Shown here one piece after another: positions 14,686-29,754 of a DNA stretch of 64,000 nucleotides. Numbering within the stretch: position 1 is the stretch's first letter; each line of letters opens with the position of its first letter. Where the stretch lies: assembly GCF_009914755.1 (NCBI RefSeq), contig NC_060931.1. The stretch is one strand, 5' to 3'. Position numbers and translations under genes: made by a program. The notes beneath the pieces were generated by a model. It was not told the DNA's origin, did no database searches, and saw nothing but the letters and a program-made list of their open reading frames with translations. Source of the stretch: the human T2T-CHM13v2.0 reference genome, Homo sapiens.

Positions 14686-15594
14686 GGTGTGGGGACAGAA
14701 AAATGTCCCTGAAGATGTCTGCATCCTGGCCCCTGGGACCTGTGAACATGGTGCTTACATGGCAGATCGGGTTGTTTGGGACCAAGATGGGGATGGTCCA
14801 GGATTAGCAGGACCCGGTGCAGTTCCAAGGGTCCTGAGAGGGAGGCAGGAGGTCAGAGCCGGAGAGACAGGAGCACAGGGGCAGGGGTCGGAGGGATCGG
14901 AAGGGGCTGCACTGCTGGCTGGAGGTTGGACCAAGTCCCAGCCCTGACTGAGGTGCCTCGACTCCAGAGAAGGCAGGAAACGGTTCCCCCCAGAGCCCGC
15001 TGAGGCGGGAAACGGTTCCCCCCAGAGCCTGCCGAGGCAGGAAACGGTTCCCCCCCAGAGCCTGCCGAGGCGGGAAACGGTTCCCCCCAAGAGCCTGCCG
15101 AGGCGGGAAACGGTTCCCCCCCAGAGCCTGCCGAGGCGGGAAACGGTTCCCCCCAGAGCCTGCCGAGAGGACACAGCCCTGTTGGGCTGTTTGTAATTTG
15201 AGACAGGGTCTTGCTCTGTCTCCCAGGCTTAAGTGCAGTGGTGCCATCATTGTGCACTGCAGCCTCTATTTCCCAGGCTCAGGCGATCCTCCTGCCTCAG
15301 CCTCCTGAGTAGCTGGGACTACAGGTGCATGCCACCACACCAGGGTAAGTTAAAAACAATTTTTTTTTTTTTTTTGTAGAGACAGGGTTTCACTACGTTG
15401 CCAGGGCTGGTCTCAAACTCCTGGCCTCAGGCGATCCTCCCACCTTGGCCTCCCAAACTGCCGGGATGACAGGTGTGGGCCATCGTGTCTGGCCTGGGCC
15501 CCTTTTGGACTCTGCTCTGGAATAGTAATGCTTGCGGTGCTCTAAGCCGCTGGGCTTGCAGTAATCTGTTACTGTGGCCAGAGGAACCGATACA
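14686..15594 (+). mobile_element. MLT1 (MaLR, MLT1C/D-like) LTR containing a VNTR and an Alu (about 15197-15494, minus)
   Basis: MLT1-like start (aatgtccctgaagatgtctgcatcc) and end (taagccgctgggcttgcagtaatctgttactgtggccagaggaaccgataca). Confidence 0.7.
14970..15168. repeat. 32-33-bp minisatellite, about 6 copies
   Basis: ggcgggaaacggttccccccagagcctgccga repeated. Confidence 0.92.
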
Positions 15595-15864
15595 GGAAGC
15601 TTCAGGAAGTCAGTTTGCCTTGCTCCTGAGGCCTGGGTGGAACAGGTCCAGTGCTGAGCTCCGGCTACACGGCCTGTGCAAACGAGGCCCCACGCATCAG
15701 CCCTGGGGCTGCAGACCCGACCCTGGGGGGCTCTGGGCCTCCAGGTCAGACCTCCCCTCCTGGGAAGCCACACCGGGCCAGGCCTGCGACCACGCTACCT
15801 CCGGTTTACCTCATGCCCAAGGGGAACGCTTGGAAAACGCTCTGGAAATTGTCTTTGGGAGCCT

Positions 15865-15870
15865 TTTAAT
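15865..15870 (-). terminator. COX19: Candidate distal COX19 polyA signal (ATTAAA)
   Basis: tttaat on plus strand at the edge of the AT-richer unique region; consistent with a ~4.5 kb 3'UTR as I recall for COX19. Confidence 0.55.
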
Positions 15871-16653
15871 AATGTGGCCAGCTTATCATGACAAGCGTCT
15901 ATGAGAAATAAAATGCATTCTGCACATGACAGATGATGAACTACCCGAAATATCTCGTGAGAAGCTCTGGCAGGAACAGCAGGGTGTCTGGATTCTTAAG
16001 CACAACACATTCAGCAGCCAGACCCAGAAACTCAAAGGCAGCGTTGGGAAGCCACTGCACGTTTGTAAGGAGTCAGGTTGTCCACACAATGGCGCTATTT
16101 TGGGATTCCGGCTTCTCTGCCTGTGACCTGCTGAAACCATTCATGCCGGCATCATGCCTATTGGAAACTCTTTGAAGTTATTTTGAAACGAGAATCGACT
16201 CAATCTATTCCACTATAGTTTCATACAAAGCATATTTTTTTTTCCTCATTTCAAAATAATTTCAGACTTCCAAAAAGTTCCAAAAATAGGACAGTGTGTA
16301 TACCCAGTTCCCCAAATAACATCTTACATAACACTGGGCCAGCGCTGCCAGTCACTTCGCAGAAGGCTCCTCGGTTTGGGTCTGTGTCTGTTGTCTCCTT
16401 GGGATTACATTCAGGCCATGCAGTTGGGCAAGAGAACCAGAGGTGATACCGTGCCCTCAGGGACGCCCCCAGGTCGGTGCGGCCTGTGCGGCTCGCTCCC
16501 GGCGGTGGCTGCTGGGTTAAGGGGGCCTCTGCCGTTCTGCTGTGACATGACTGTCTCCTCGGAGGTCACTATGCATCTCAAGGGGAGGTTTCTCAAGACA
16601 GCAGACACCTGCTTCACACCACACGTCACCACTCACTTCATGGCAACTGAGGG

Positions 16654-17450
16654 TTTTTTTTTGAGACGGTTCTGTCGCCCAGGCTGGAGTGTGGTGGCAC
16701 AATCCCTGCTCACTGCAACCTCTGCCTCCTGGTTTAGGCAATTCTCCCACCTCGGCCTCCCGAATAGCTGGATTACAGACACACGCCACCAGCCCCAGCT
16801 AATTTTTGTATTTTTAGTAGAGACAGGGTTTCTCCATGTTGGCCAGGCTGGCCTTGAACTCCTGGCCTCAAGTGATCTGCCTGCCTCGGCCTCCCAAAGT
16901 GTTGGGATTATAGGCGTGAGCCACTGGCGCCCGGCCCGCTGAGGGTTGTAATCTGCACCTGTCACCAGTGTGGTTTCTGCAACAGCAGTTTCCTGTTCCC
17001 AAAATTTCTTCTATATTAGAATTAATAAGACAGACCTGGCCCTCCCCCCACTGACATGTTTACGCAATTACTTATGTTGTATAGACTACTGGATATCAAT
17101 TTATTCTGAGGGCTACAGCCCATTACAATAATTAATTTTCTTTCTTTTTTTTTTTTTTTTTTCCTTTGGTGAGACAGGGTCCGGCTCTGTTGCTCAGGCT
17201 GGAGAGCAGTGGTACAATCACAGCTCACTGCAGACTTAACCTCTGGCTCAAGTGATCCTCCTGCCTCAGCTTCCTGAGTATCTGGGACTACAGGCGGGTG
17301 ACACCACGCACGGCTGACTTTTCTTGTTTTGTAGAGACAGGGTTTCACCCATGTTGCCCAGGCTGGTCTTGAACTCCTAGCCTCAAGTGATCCTCCCACC
17401 TTGGCCTCCTAAAGTGCTGGGATTGCAGGCGTGAGCCGCTGCGCCCAGCC
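16654..17450 (-). mobile_element. Two Alus in the probable COX19 3'UTR (about 16654-16936 and 17136-17450)
   Basis: Reverse-complement Alu consensus, both in the same orientation. Confidence 0.9.
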
Positions 17451-17694
17451 TGTTTATTTTCACGCTCACACTGCCCCAGGCTGGCCACCGTATGCTCCTT
17501 CCCATCCCCCCGTGTTATTTCAACAAGTCTCCTCATCCCAGCAATTCTTCACTCTCTAGCTCATCTGATACCTTCTCTGGCCTGGCCCTGGTTCCTTTTG
17601 GTTACAGAATGGTATCAGGGCCAAGACCCTGAGTGCACGGGTCACTGCGTCCAGGCCCTCAAGAGCTGGGAAGCATTTGTGCACAGCCCCTCAC

Positions 17695-18305
17695 AACAGT
17701 CCCCCTTACACACGGTTTCAGTTACCCATGGTCAGCCACAGTCCAAAAATACTAAGTGGAAAATTCCAGAAATAAACCATTCATGAGTTTTTGATTCTGT
17801 GCTGTTCTGAGCAGCCGTCCTGCTGGGACATCAACCCTCCCTCCGTCCAGCGTTTCGGGCCATCCACGCCACCCTGCCTGCCAGGCACTCAGCAGCCATC
17901 TCGGTGATCAGACCAGCCATCGCGGTGATGTGGTGCTTGGGTCCAAGAAGCTTTTATTTTACTTAAGAATGGCCCCAGAACAGGACAGTGGTGATGCTGG
18001 CGACTCAGACACACCAGAGAAGCTGCCAAGCGCTTCCTTTAAGGGAAAAGGTGGAAACTCCTGACCTATAAGAAAAACAGCCAGATGCCGAGGTTGCTAA
18101 GATCTCCGGTAAGAACACAGTGCCCATCTGTGACATTTTGAAGAGGGAAGCACGAAGTTCTGTCAGTTTTGCTGTCACATCTCAGACTTGATCACAGGTA
18201 CGTACAGGAAAAAACAGCGCCTGGACAGGATTCGGGACTATCCGCGGCTTCGGCACCTGCTGGGGTCTCGGAGCACACCCTGGCCAGGTGAGGGCGATCA
18301 CTCCG
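17695..18305 (+). mobile_element. MER44/Tigger7 DNA transposon relic
   Basis: cagtccccctta...ggtttcagttacccatggtcagccacagtccaaaaatactaagtggaaaattccagaaataaac start and actatccgcggcttcggcacctgctggggtctcgga end, typical of MER44. Confidence 0.75.
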
Positions 18306-20374
18306 TTTCTCTATCCAGTTACCTTTGTACGTTAGAAAAGCAGGAGCTCAATACACCTGGCTCTCATCATCCACGATGTATTTCTAGTTTTTTCCATCTC
18401 AGAATACAGCTTCAGAATCGTCCACGCAAAAAACAAATTTACTACTTAGAGTACAGTATCTTTCCTGTCTTTCCCACCTTTGGTCGACGGTCTTCCCCAC
18501 ACTCCTGATGGGTCAGAGTGCGGTGCGAGCGGAGAGGCAGGCCCGACCCGGGCCTGGGCACTCCCGACGGCGGGTCAGAGTGCGATGGGAAGAGGCCCCG
18601 GCCTGGGCCCGGGAGCTCCGTCGGCATGGTCTGTTGTGTTCCCCTCACATCCTGGTTCATTTACTTTTTGAGCATGTGAAACCCTCTGCCATGACAGCCA
18701 GAACTCCACCCCCAGGGGTGCTCGGAGGGGCTCGCGGCCGGCTATGCCCATCAGTTCCAGCTCCTCCTTCTGGATTTCTCGTTTGTAGTTTCCTGTGTCC
18801 CTGCCTGTCTCCACTTCACAGTAAGCTCACGCCATATAGCCGCACTGCGTTGGCGAGCTCATGGCACGTGGCCACACCGCGTCAGCGCCGACTCCACGGT
18901 GGCTGCGTCACGGCTCACGTGCACTGTGAGGACACTGGGGTTGCTATAGACAGTGCTGGGGCAACCCTGTGCCTACACAAAATATTCTAATAAGAAACAA
19001 GACTTTCCATCAACTAGCGGTGATATGTTAATACGTCTGCAGCACTCAGAGGCCTGACAGAGAGCAGACACGGGACAGTGACAGCTGCAGCCGAATCAGG
19101 TGGTAGAACCCATGGGTGCAGGGACACAGGGTTGGGCGGGCCCAGCCGCAATAGGTACTCAGTTCTGTGAGGAGGGGAGGGACATGTTTAACCACGAAAG
19201 GGCCACCACTGCAGGACAGAAACAGAGGGCCTTTGCTGCAGAGAACTGGAGATGGGCTGAGAAGCCTCAGCCACCCACAGGCAGAGGGACGAGGGCAGCC
19301 TGTTTCCCAGAGCCTGAGGTCGGCCAGATTGGTGGCCCCACCTGCCAGGGCTTGGAGACAGCCACTGCCAGGGTCGCCAGAGAGGACGTGACCTGGACCT
19401 CCCCACCCCGTCTCCTGCCACCATCCTCCACTGACCAGACAGGAGCCAGCCCCTTTCCGACAGTGCCTGGGAAGGAGACAGGTCTGGCTGAGGCCCCAGA
19501 TGTGCAGGCACCTGCGTTCCATCCACAGGTTTGGGCCCCGGCTGGCCTGACGCACTGGGTGGACATGGGCCGGGTTTCCGTGACCCACAGGCAACTTTGG
19601 CACAGACGGGCTGAGAACTCCGCTCAGGGCCCCTGCCAGGCTGTGCTGCGAACACGTGCCGGGGTCTCGGGCGGAGCTGGCTGGCACAGAAGACAGCTGG
19701 TGCGAGCCTAACTGCAAATGGACTCAGGTTCTTTTTCTGTTAAAATACAGGAGTTACTGAAATTAAATACCCAACTTTATAAATACGGTCTGATACAAAC
19801 CAGAAAATGACCCTTTGATTATGAAGCTACTTGGTGTTCAGGCAAAACCAGAAAGAATCAAGAAGTCAATCCATCCAAAGCCAGAAGGTTCTCACTTCCT
19901 ACTTTGTGTTCCACTTTTTTTTTTTTTCAAAGGAAATGAACTGGCATATACGAATACAAACACGAAAACATCCTGCTAGGGAATGGTAATTTTCTGATGA
20001 TATCTGTGTTCAGAAGGGACTGAAATTTATACATTTACCTCTTTGAACTCAGAAAGTATCAGAGGACTGCAACATAAAACCGCCCCATACAAGAGGGCCC
20101 CGGCCTCGAAGACAAGGGTCTTGCCCCACGCTCGCCTCCCTCCCAGCTTTGCCGGGAACGCCGTCCCACTCAGGGGTTCAATGCAGAAACACCCTCCTAA
20201 GGGAAAACGGGACGCCACTCCCTACCCAGGAGACGCCCCCACAGGGCTGGAGCTTCTATTCGAAGCCCATTTCTAAGGACACCACACGCAGGCCTCAGCC
20301 AACCTAAGAGGCAGGATGATGCCCTCCGTCCTGAGAGACCACTGAACACGGCCCAGGGGTCTTCTCATCAAAAT

Positions 20375-20453
20375 TCATTTTTTTGCCTCTGATTTTCCAC
20401 TAGTCAAGTCTCCAAATCCCAGTTTCTCCAATGGTTCTTGTAGCATCAATTTT
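20375..20453 (-). CDS. COX19: COX19 exon 3 (KLMLQEPLEKLGFGDLTSGKSEAKK*)
   Basis: Pyrimidine-rich acceptor ttttAG|A; 79 nt to TGA; total CDS 273 nt = 90 aa. Confidence 0.96.
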
Positions 20454-20953
20454 CTAAAAGAAAAAGAGAAAGCTGTCAGGGCGGGAGGTGCAGAGAGGAC
20501 AAGAGGGGCCCTTGCAGGCCCCGGCTTCCCAGCGCACACCGGGGGTCCTGCCACCTCCATCTATGTCCTGGGAGAGTGGCCCCTCGGCCTCGGCCCCCGT
20601 GGCTGGTGCCTTCCCCACTGGGCAGAGTCAACAGGACAATGAGGACATGACCACCTAGAGACGTCCCAGGGCCTAAGGCCTGGGGCCTCTTGGGATGTCC
20701 AAGAGGGGCAGCTGCACCCGCTGCCCCCAGCACACAACACTTCCCCACGTCCTGCTAAAAGATGTATCTGGACAACAGCTTCACGCTGACCTCTCAGACT
20801 TGCTTTGATTGGCAGGATAATGACCCCTAAAGGTGTTCACGCCCTAATCCCTGGAACCTGTGCCTGCCACTGTCCACGGCACCCTGGCAGAGGAGACCTC
20901 AGGCTGCCATCCACCCAGATGGAACTGAGACTCAGGTCGACAGTTATCTGATA

Positions 20954-21873
20954 TTTTTTTTTTTTTTTTTTTTTTTAAGAGACAGGGTCTCATTTTGTCT
21001 CCCATGCTGGGATGCAGTGGTGTGATCAGCGGTTCAAGTTCACTGCAGCCTTGAACTCCTGGGCTCAAGTGATCCTCCCGCCTCAGCCTCCTGGGTAGCT
21101 GAGACTGCAGGTGTATGCCACCATGCGTGGCTAATTTCTTTTTTTCTCCCAGAAACAGTCTCGCTCTATTGCCCAGGCTGGAGTGCAGTGGTGCAATCTC
21201 GGCTCACTGCAGCCTCCGCCTCCCAGGTCCAGGTGATTCTTGTGCCTCAGCCTCCTGAGTAGCTGGGAGTACAGGTGCACATCACCACGCCCGGCTAATT
21301 CTTGTAGTTTTAGTAGAGACGGTGTCTAACCATATGGGTCAGGCTGGTCTCGAACTCCTGACCTCATGTGATTACCCACCTTGGTCTCCAAAAGTGCTGG
21401 GATTACATGCATGAGCCACACTGCCCGGCCAGCTAATTTTTTTTTTTTTTTTTTTTTGAGACGGAGTCCTACTCTGTTGCCCAGGCTGGAGTGCAGCGGC
21501 ATGATCTCGGCTCACTACAACCTCCACCTCCCGGGTTCAGGCAATTCTCCCTGCCTCAGCCTCCCAAGTAGCTGGGATTACAGGCGCCTGCCACCATGCC
21601 TGGCTAATTTTTATATTTTTAGTAGAGATGGGGTCTCACCATGCTCGTCTTGAACTCCTGACCTCAAGTGATCTGCCCACCTCAGCCTCCCAAAGTGTTG
21701 GAATTACGGGCGTGAGCCACTGCACCCAGCCAGCTAATTTTTAAAGAAATTTTTTGTAGATATAGGGTTTCACTATGTTGCCCAGGCTGGTCTTGAACTC
21801 CTGAGCTCAAGTGATTCTCCTGCTTGGCCTCCCAAAGTGCTGGGGCTACAGATGTGAGCCACCACTTCTTGCC
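20954..21873 (-). mobile_element. Nested Alu cluster in COX19 intron 2 (older Alu split by two younger Alus)
   Basis: Right arm at 20954-21135, two full Alus, then left arm at 21730-21873; gctaattt repeated at the junctions. Confidence 0.85.
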
Positions 21874-22586
21874 AAAATAATTCCCAGCTGTTTATCGCAG
21901 TGCAGCCATCTTAGAGGCGTGAAATTCACGACTCAGCATGACTCTTTATGGGCCCCACACTCTTCAGGACAATAGTTACTATCATGTGAACTCACACATG
22001 GTGACATGCCCCCCGATCCTGCTGCGTGCTTTACAGGGATGGCCTCCTTTACCCTCCCCACAACCCAGCCAGGAGGCCCAGCCATCATCCCATGAGGCCC
22101 CCACACACTCTGTGCTGCTGGCAGCGGGTGAGGCTGCTCCACCAGCGTGTCTGTGTGACACCCGGTGCCTAAAACTAATCCCCAGGACAGGACGCGAACT
22201 TCTAAATCACTGCAGAGGCTTGAGATCTCAGACCACGGTGGTCATCTGAAACACACCTATATTTTCACATCAGGCAAACATGGTCCAAGTCCTCAAGAGA
22301 CAACTTTAAAAACTCCATTGTGGTCCATTTTCTAAAACAGACACACACGGAGGTTGGAGTAAAGTAATGTCTAGGATTTTAGCACAGAAGGAAAAAGGAA
22401 GAAAAGAAATGGCTAAAAACAGGGTGGGTGCCGGTTATGGGAGGTAGACTCCTCAACTTCTGTATGTTTGATGATTTTCATGAACAAATAACCAATCGAA
22501 ATTCTACGGTCAAAATAACTGACCTTATAGAAAGAGCAGAATTTTTAAAAAGAAAAAAAAAACAACAAAAACAAAAAACAACAAAA

Positions 22587-23011
<425 letters not shown>

Positions 23012-24177
23012 TCAAGGGGAAGCTGAGCATGAGGCAGGAGGCCTGCTCACACCCTCACATGAACACAGCTCAATTCACACCGTCTCTAAAGCTTGGCAGC
23101 GCCATGGAGAAATTCTCAGTTCCAGTTTTCTAAAGATGCATTAATTTAAGACTAATTTAAACACGTGGCTCCAGCCAGCGTGCTACTTAAACAATCAGAG
23201 ATGGTAAGAGACAGATTCAGTGTGGCCCTTGGACAAATGTGAGCCCTGGAAGAGCCTAAGCGACAGCCCCAAAGGCAGAACGTGGCCTCACTGAAGTCCA
23301 CACCGCTGAGAAGGCCCATCATCCTTACGGCCCCAAATGTCCACACGAATAACCCCGAACACACCTGTGTGGCCGGAAAGGCACAACGGATTTTTGCCTT
23401 GAGGGAAATGTCTGAGTATGTTATGGGAACATGAAAAGAGCTCAAAGTGGATGGGCGAATTGTCAACCTGTCTTCAGCACAGACACAGCTGTCTGAAGAC
23501 CGAAATGCTTAGTGAGCTAATCATGGCCTCGAAAAGCAAAAATAAAAGCTCCCACTACCATCATATAATTATATGCTACATGCTTTTTTTTGCATAAGGG
23601 ATTAGAATAGCTCTTATTTTAAGTAAAAGCTGTGGGGATCATAGCTACGAACGCGTTTGTTTTGTTTAAAAGTGAGCGTTGGTGAGTTCTGGTTACGACA
23701 GGAAGAATCATTCATCTTTCATCATTTCTTAAATAGTCTATTGTCCTCCCTGTCACATTCCCAACAACTCAAAGTGGAGCAAAACAACCCAGTGCATATT
23801 TTTAACATCTGAGAATGCAAAAGAAAGAAACTGTGTACCCACGACCTTCGGTCTTTTGACTCAGTCAGCATTATGATGCACGATTTGGAAACCTTAATGA
23901 CAGGTCGGTAGCAACCAAATGTGGAAAGAAAATGCTCTCAGGAATGCAATCATGTATAACGCTATCGCTCAAGAAGAGGTTCCCAAGATTGTGAAACAGC
24001 TTTTGGTACAATTTCATCTGATAAGCCTCCATTTCAAGGGCAAACAATTCCACAGTCCTGAAAAACACAAGCTGAATCCCAGGCCTGAAAAAGACACACT
24101 GTAATGGCCTTTCAGGAAAAAAAAAGTTTTAATTGGAGTAGTGGGAGGTGGAAATCATAACGCTTAGCTGTACTCAC

Positions 24178-24289
24178 CTCTCCATCCTGCATTCTAAATA
24201 TTCTTTTGATTCCTTTCTGCACAAAGCATTTTCAAAATTATTGTTATGAAGACACTTCATGAATTTCTCTTTAAAGCTTTTACATTCAC
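24178..24289 (-). CDS. COX19: COX19 exon 2 (twin Cx9C: [38 protein letters not shown])
   Basis: ttctAG|GT acceptor, GAG|GTGAGT donor, 112 nt, phases join exons 1 and 3; absent from the ORF track. Confidence 0.96.
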
Positions 24290-24396
24290 CTAGAACGAGA
24301 AAGAAAACAGCATGTTCTTTTCAGAGTGAAAAGTGATGCAACCACACAACAGCCTTAAGAGCTGCGCTGCTTTTCCTTTCAAAACTTGTTTCCTCA

Positions 24397-25448
<1,052 letters not shown>

Positions 25449-25642
25449 AACTTGTTTCCTTCATAAACATGCTGAAAACAACAATGGAAAAAACCCACAA
25501 CGAGGTAAAGTCAGCCCAGTACGAGGTTAAGGTGCAATGTAGGTGATGGTCACAGGAGAGTTCAGGGTAAAAATTCTTTCATTTTTGCTATTTGAAAATG
25601 TCACAATAAAATGTTGGGAAAGAAACAGTAATTCACAGATCG

Positions 25643-25954
25643 TTTTTCTTTTCTTTTCTTTCTTTTTTTTTTTGAGACGTTGTCTCACTCTGTCGCCCAA
25701 GCTGCAGTGCAGTGGCCCGATCTCGGCTCACTGCAACCTCCGTCTCCCGGTTCAAGCGATTCTCCTGCCTCAGCCTCCCGAGTAGCTGGGACTACAGGCG
25801 AGCCACATCACACCCAACTAATTTTTGTATTTTTAGTAGAGACGGGGTTTCCCCATGTTGGGCAGGCTGGTCTCGAACTCCTGATCTTAAATGATCCGCC
25901 CACCTCGGCCTCCCAAAGGGCTGGGATCACAGGCATGAGCCACCGCGCCCGGCC
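25643..25954 (-). mobile_element. Alu
   Basis: Reverse-complement Alu consensus. Confidence 0.92.
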
Positions 25955-26039
25955 CACAGATCCTTTTTCGAAGCCTTCATGTCCACGGAGGCAACCCCAC
26001 CGGAATACGGCCAGAAGCACTGGGAGATCAGCAGCACTT

Positions 26040-26900
26040 TTGAGCTTTGCAGCAGACATCGCTAGGCACCGTCTAAGCCTCGGCTGCAGCTGCGGGCTTC
26101 GTGGCCGCCGAATGCCCCGCTCTGCAAACCCGGGGCACAGACAGCCCGCCGGGTGAGTCAGGGCGGAGCCGGAGACCCGGAAGCCTGACGCAAGGAGTCG
26201 GTGTCGCTGCCCTCGTCACGGGGGCCACGGTCCTGCCAGCTCCCACCTGCAGGGTCCATGCCGCAGCAGTGACCCAGGGCTGGGTGGGGCGGAGGGGCGG
26301 GCCGCCGTGCCTCAGTTTCCCCGCCTGCACCGCGCTAGATGCCGGCACCCCATAGGGCTCCGCGCTGGGCCGCGACCCAGACCCCCCATCGCAGACCCCT
26401 GCCCGCCGACCTTCCGCCGCTCACCTAAGTGATCCAGCGGGAAGCTGCCCTTGTCCGGGGGCCGCGGCTGGAAGCTCTTGGTCCCGAAATTCATGGCGGT
26501 CGACATGTTGGCGACTCCGGAGTCTGCGAGCGCCTTGCGAGCGTACGCAGGGCGGCCGGCGGAGCGCCGAGCAGGCACCCCGGGAGCGCCGAGCACGTCG
26601 AGCAGGCCCCGTCCCCGCCCCTTGCCCAGGCCCGGCCCCACCCCTTGCCCAGGCCCGGCCCCACCCCCTCGGAGTCAGCAAGCTCCTGAGCCCCGGTGGG
26701 CGCTGCCCGGGCTTTCCCGTCCCCTGGGACCCTCACAGCAGTCGGTAGCAGAATCAGCTTTTGGAATTGGTGAGAAACCGAGGCCCAGAAAGGTTCAGCG
26801 AATTGCCCGAGGACACATAGCGGTGCCGGCGTCTCTGCATCCCAGGTGTCTGCTGGGGCCTCGGTTTCCCCATCGCACAGAGACCTCATCACGGGGCCCA
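26040..26900. promoter_or_regulatory. COX19: COX19 CpG-island promoter, including a duplicated ~22-bp GC/GT-box unit at about 26618-26668
   Basis: CpG-dense; ccccttgcccaggcccggccccac occurs twice; no TATA box seen. Confidence 0.85.
26425..26506 (-). CDS. COX19: COX19 exon 1 ([27 protein letters not shown]), cytochrome c oxidase assembly factor
   Basis: AACATG start, conserved [11 protein letters not shown] motif, donor TAG|GTGAGC, 82 nt phase 1. Confidence 0.97.
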
Positions 26901-26944
26901 TCCGGGGAGGAAGGCGGCACAGGAGGGACAGGAGAGCCTGTGGA

Positions 26945-28130
<1,186 letters not shown>

Positions 28131-29231
28131 GCAGAATGAAAGTGTACTGTAAGCGGTAAGGCCCGGCCTTTGCGTGTCGATGTTGTCATGGCAACAGCAG
28201 TCGTGGGAAAGGGCTCAGTGAAGACCCCAGCGTCCACCCGCGGAGTCTCTCCCAGCCCTGAACCTGTACCCACATGCCCTGGCCATGAGGAAGTCGAACA
28301 CTGGCCCGTTTAGAGCACCATGGGCGGCCCAAGCTCCAGCCTCCACTCACTCATCCATCCCACCCATTTCACAATCACTGGCCAGGCCTTCGTGGTAAGC
28401 ACAGTGGGTCCCCAGCAACACCGAGTTCGCTGCCTGGCCCCCCGCTCTGGACCCTGGTGACACCTGAACCCACTGTTGCTTAGGAGCCAGTTCCTGCAAC
28501 TTCCCAGGGGTTGTTTGCAGACAAGGGCTTGGTCAAGGCGGCCCAACAGCCCCCACCCCGGGGCCTGCCCTTCTTCAAGCCTGGCCCAGGCGTCCCCTCC
28601 CCATGAGGCTTCCAGCTCTCCCCCTTGCTGGGCCCTGGTGAGCCCGCCCCTCTGCAACGCACACCATTAGATTCCTGCGCCCAAGGTCGGACTCTGCTCT
28701 GTGTGCCCAGAGCTGAGCCGCGAGTCTGGCACTGAATGTTTCTGAACCGCAGGGCAGTGGGGACCTCAGGCCAAGGCCCCAAGGAGGGCCCAGGGCTGCA
28801 GAAATCTAGTTGTCAGGGCCTTGATTGGCCTGTGGCTCTGGGCCCACTGAAAACTACAAAAGGAAAATTGCAGCTTGTTCCTGTCATATAAACAACTCTT
28901 TTTACCCGGTTAGAACCAGGGGCCCACACACTGGGTTACTCATTAATACGTTTCCAGGGCTGTGAACAATGGGAGCTTTTATTACCCAGCAAAGAAGCGC
29001 TCACTCACTTGACTGCAGCAGCCGCTTAGCAGTGGAAGGACAGCCCCTCCGTTGGGGCTGCCCTAAGCCTCTCTGTCTGGGAGCCCCGAGGGACCTGTGG
29101 CCTGGAGGTGACAACCGGCTTTTAATTGACTGTCACCTGGCAAATGATTATTGCTTTATATGAGATCTTTAGCTGGGAGAGAAGAGGAAAGAATTTTTAT
29201 GAGCAGTTCACCGGTGTAAAAAGTGGGGAAG

Positions 29232-29531
29232 GGGCTGGGGGCGGTGGCTCACACCTGTAATCCCAACACTCTGGGAAGCCGAGGTGGGCGGACCACTTGA
29301 GCCCAGGAGTTTGAGACCAGCCTTGGCAACATGCTGAAACCCTACGTCTATAAAAAATACAAAAATTAGCCAGGTGTAGGGGCGCACACCTGTGGTCCCA
29401 GCTACCCCAGAGGCTGAGGTGGGAGGATCGTCTGAGCCCTGGGAGGTCGAGGCTGCAGTGAACCAAGATCGCACCACTGCACTGCAGCCTGGGCAAAAAA
29501 GTGAGACCTTGTCTACAAGAAAAAAGGAAAA
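29232..29531 (+). mobile_element. Alu (AluJ-like)
   Basis: Alu consensus. Confidence 0.88.
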
Positions 29532-29754
29532 GCTCAGAGGAGGGAACGAACCTTGTTTGAGCCCCAGCAATCAAGGTATTGCAGGTATTTCCACCCGGAT
29601 CCCCAGAGCCTGGAGCAGTGCCTGGCACGCTGGACATGCTCCGTTTATAGCTCGAAGATGAATGAATCCAGCTAAGTAGGTCTTATTATCCTCATCTGAC
29701 ACAGAGAAACAGACTCAAGGGGTCACAGCCCTTGCTGAAGCTTACGTGGCCGTG

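Noticed and set aside
13187-15168. Regularly spaced 30-45 bp repeats resembling CRISPR arrays
   Set aside because: Head-to-tail units with no unique spacers, no cas genes, human context
16654-17450. Inverted-Alu dsRNA in the COX19 3'UTR
   Set aside because: Both Alus have the same orientation
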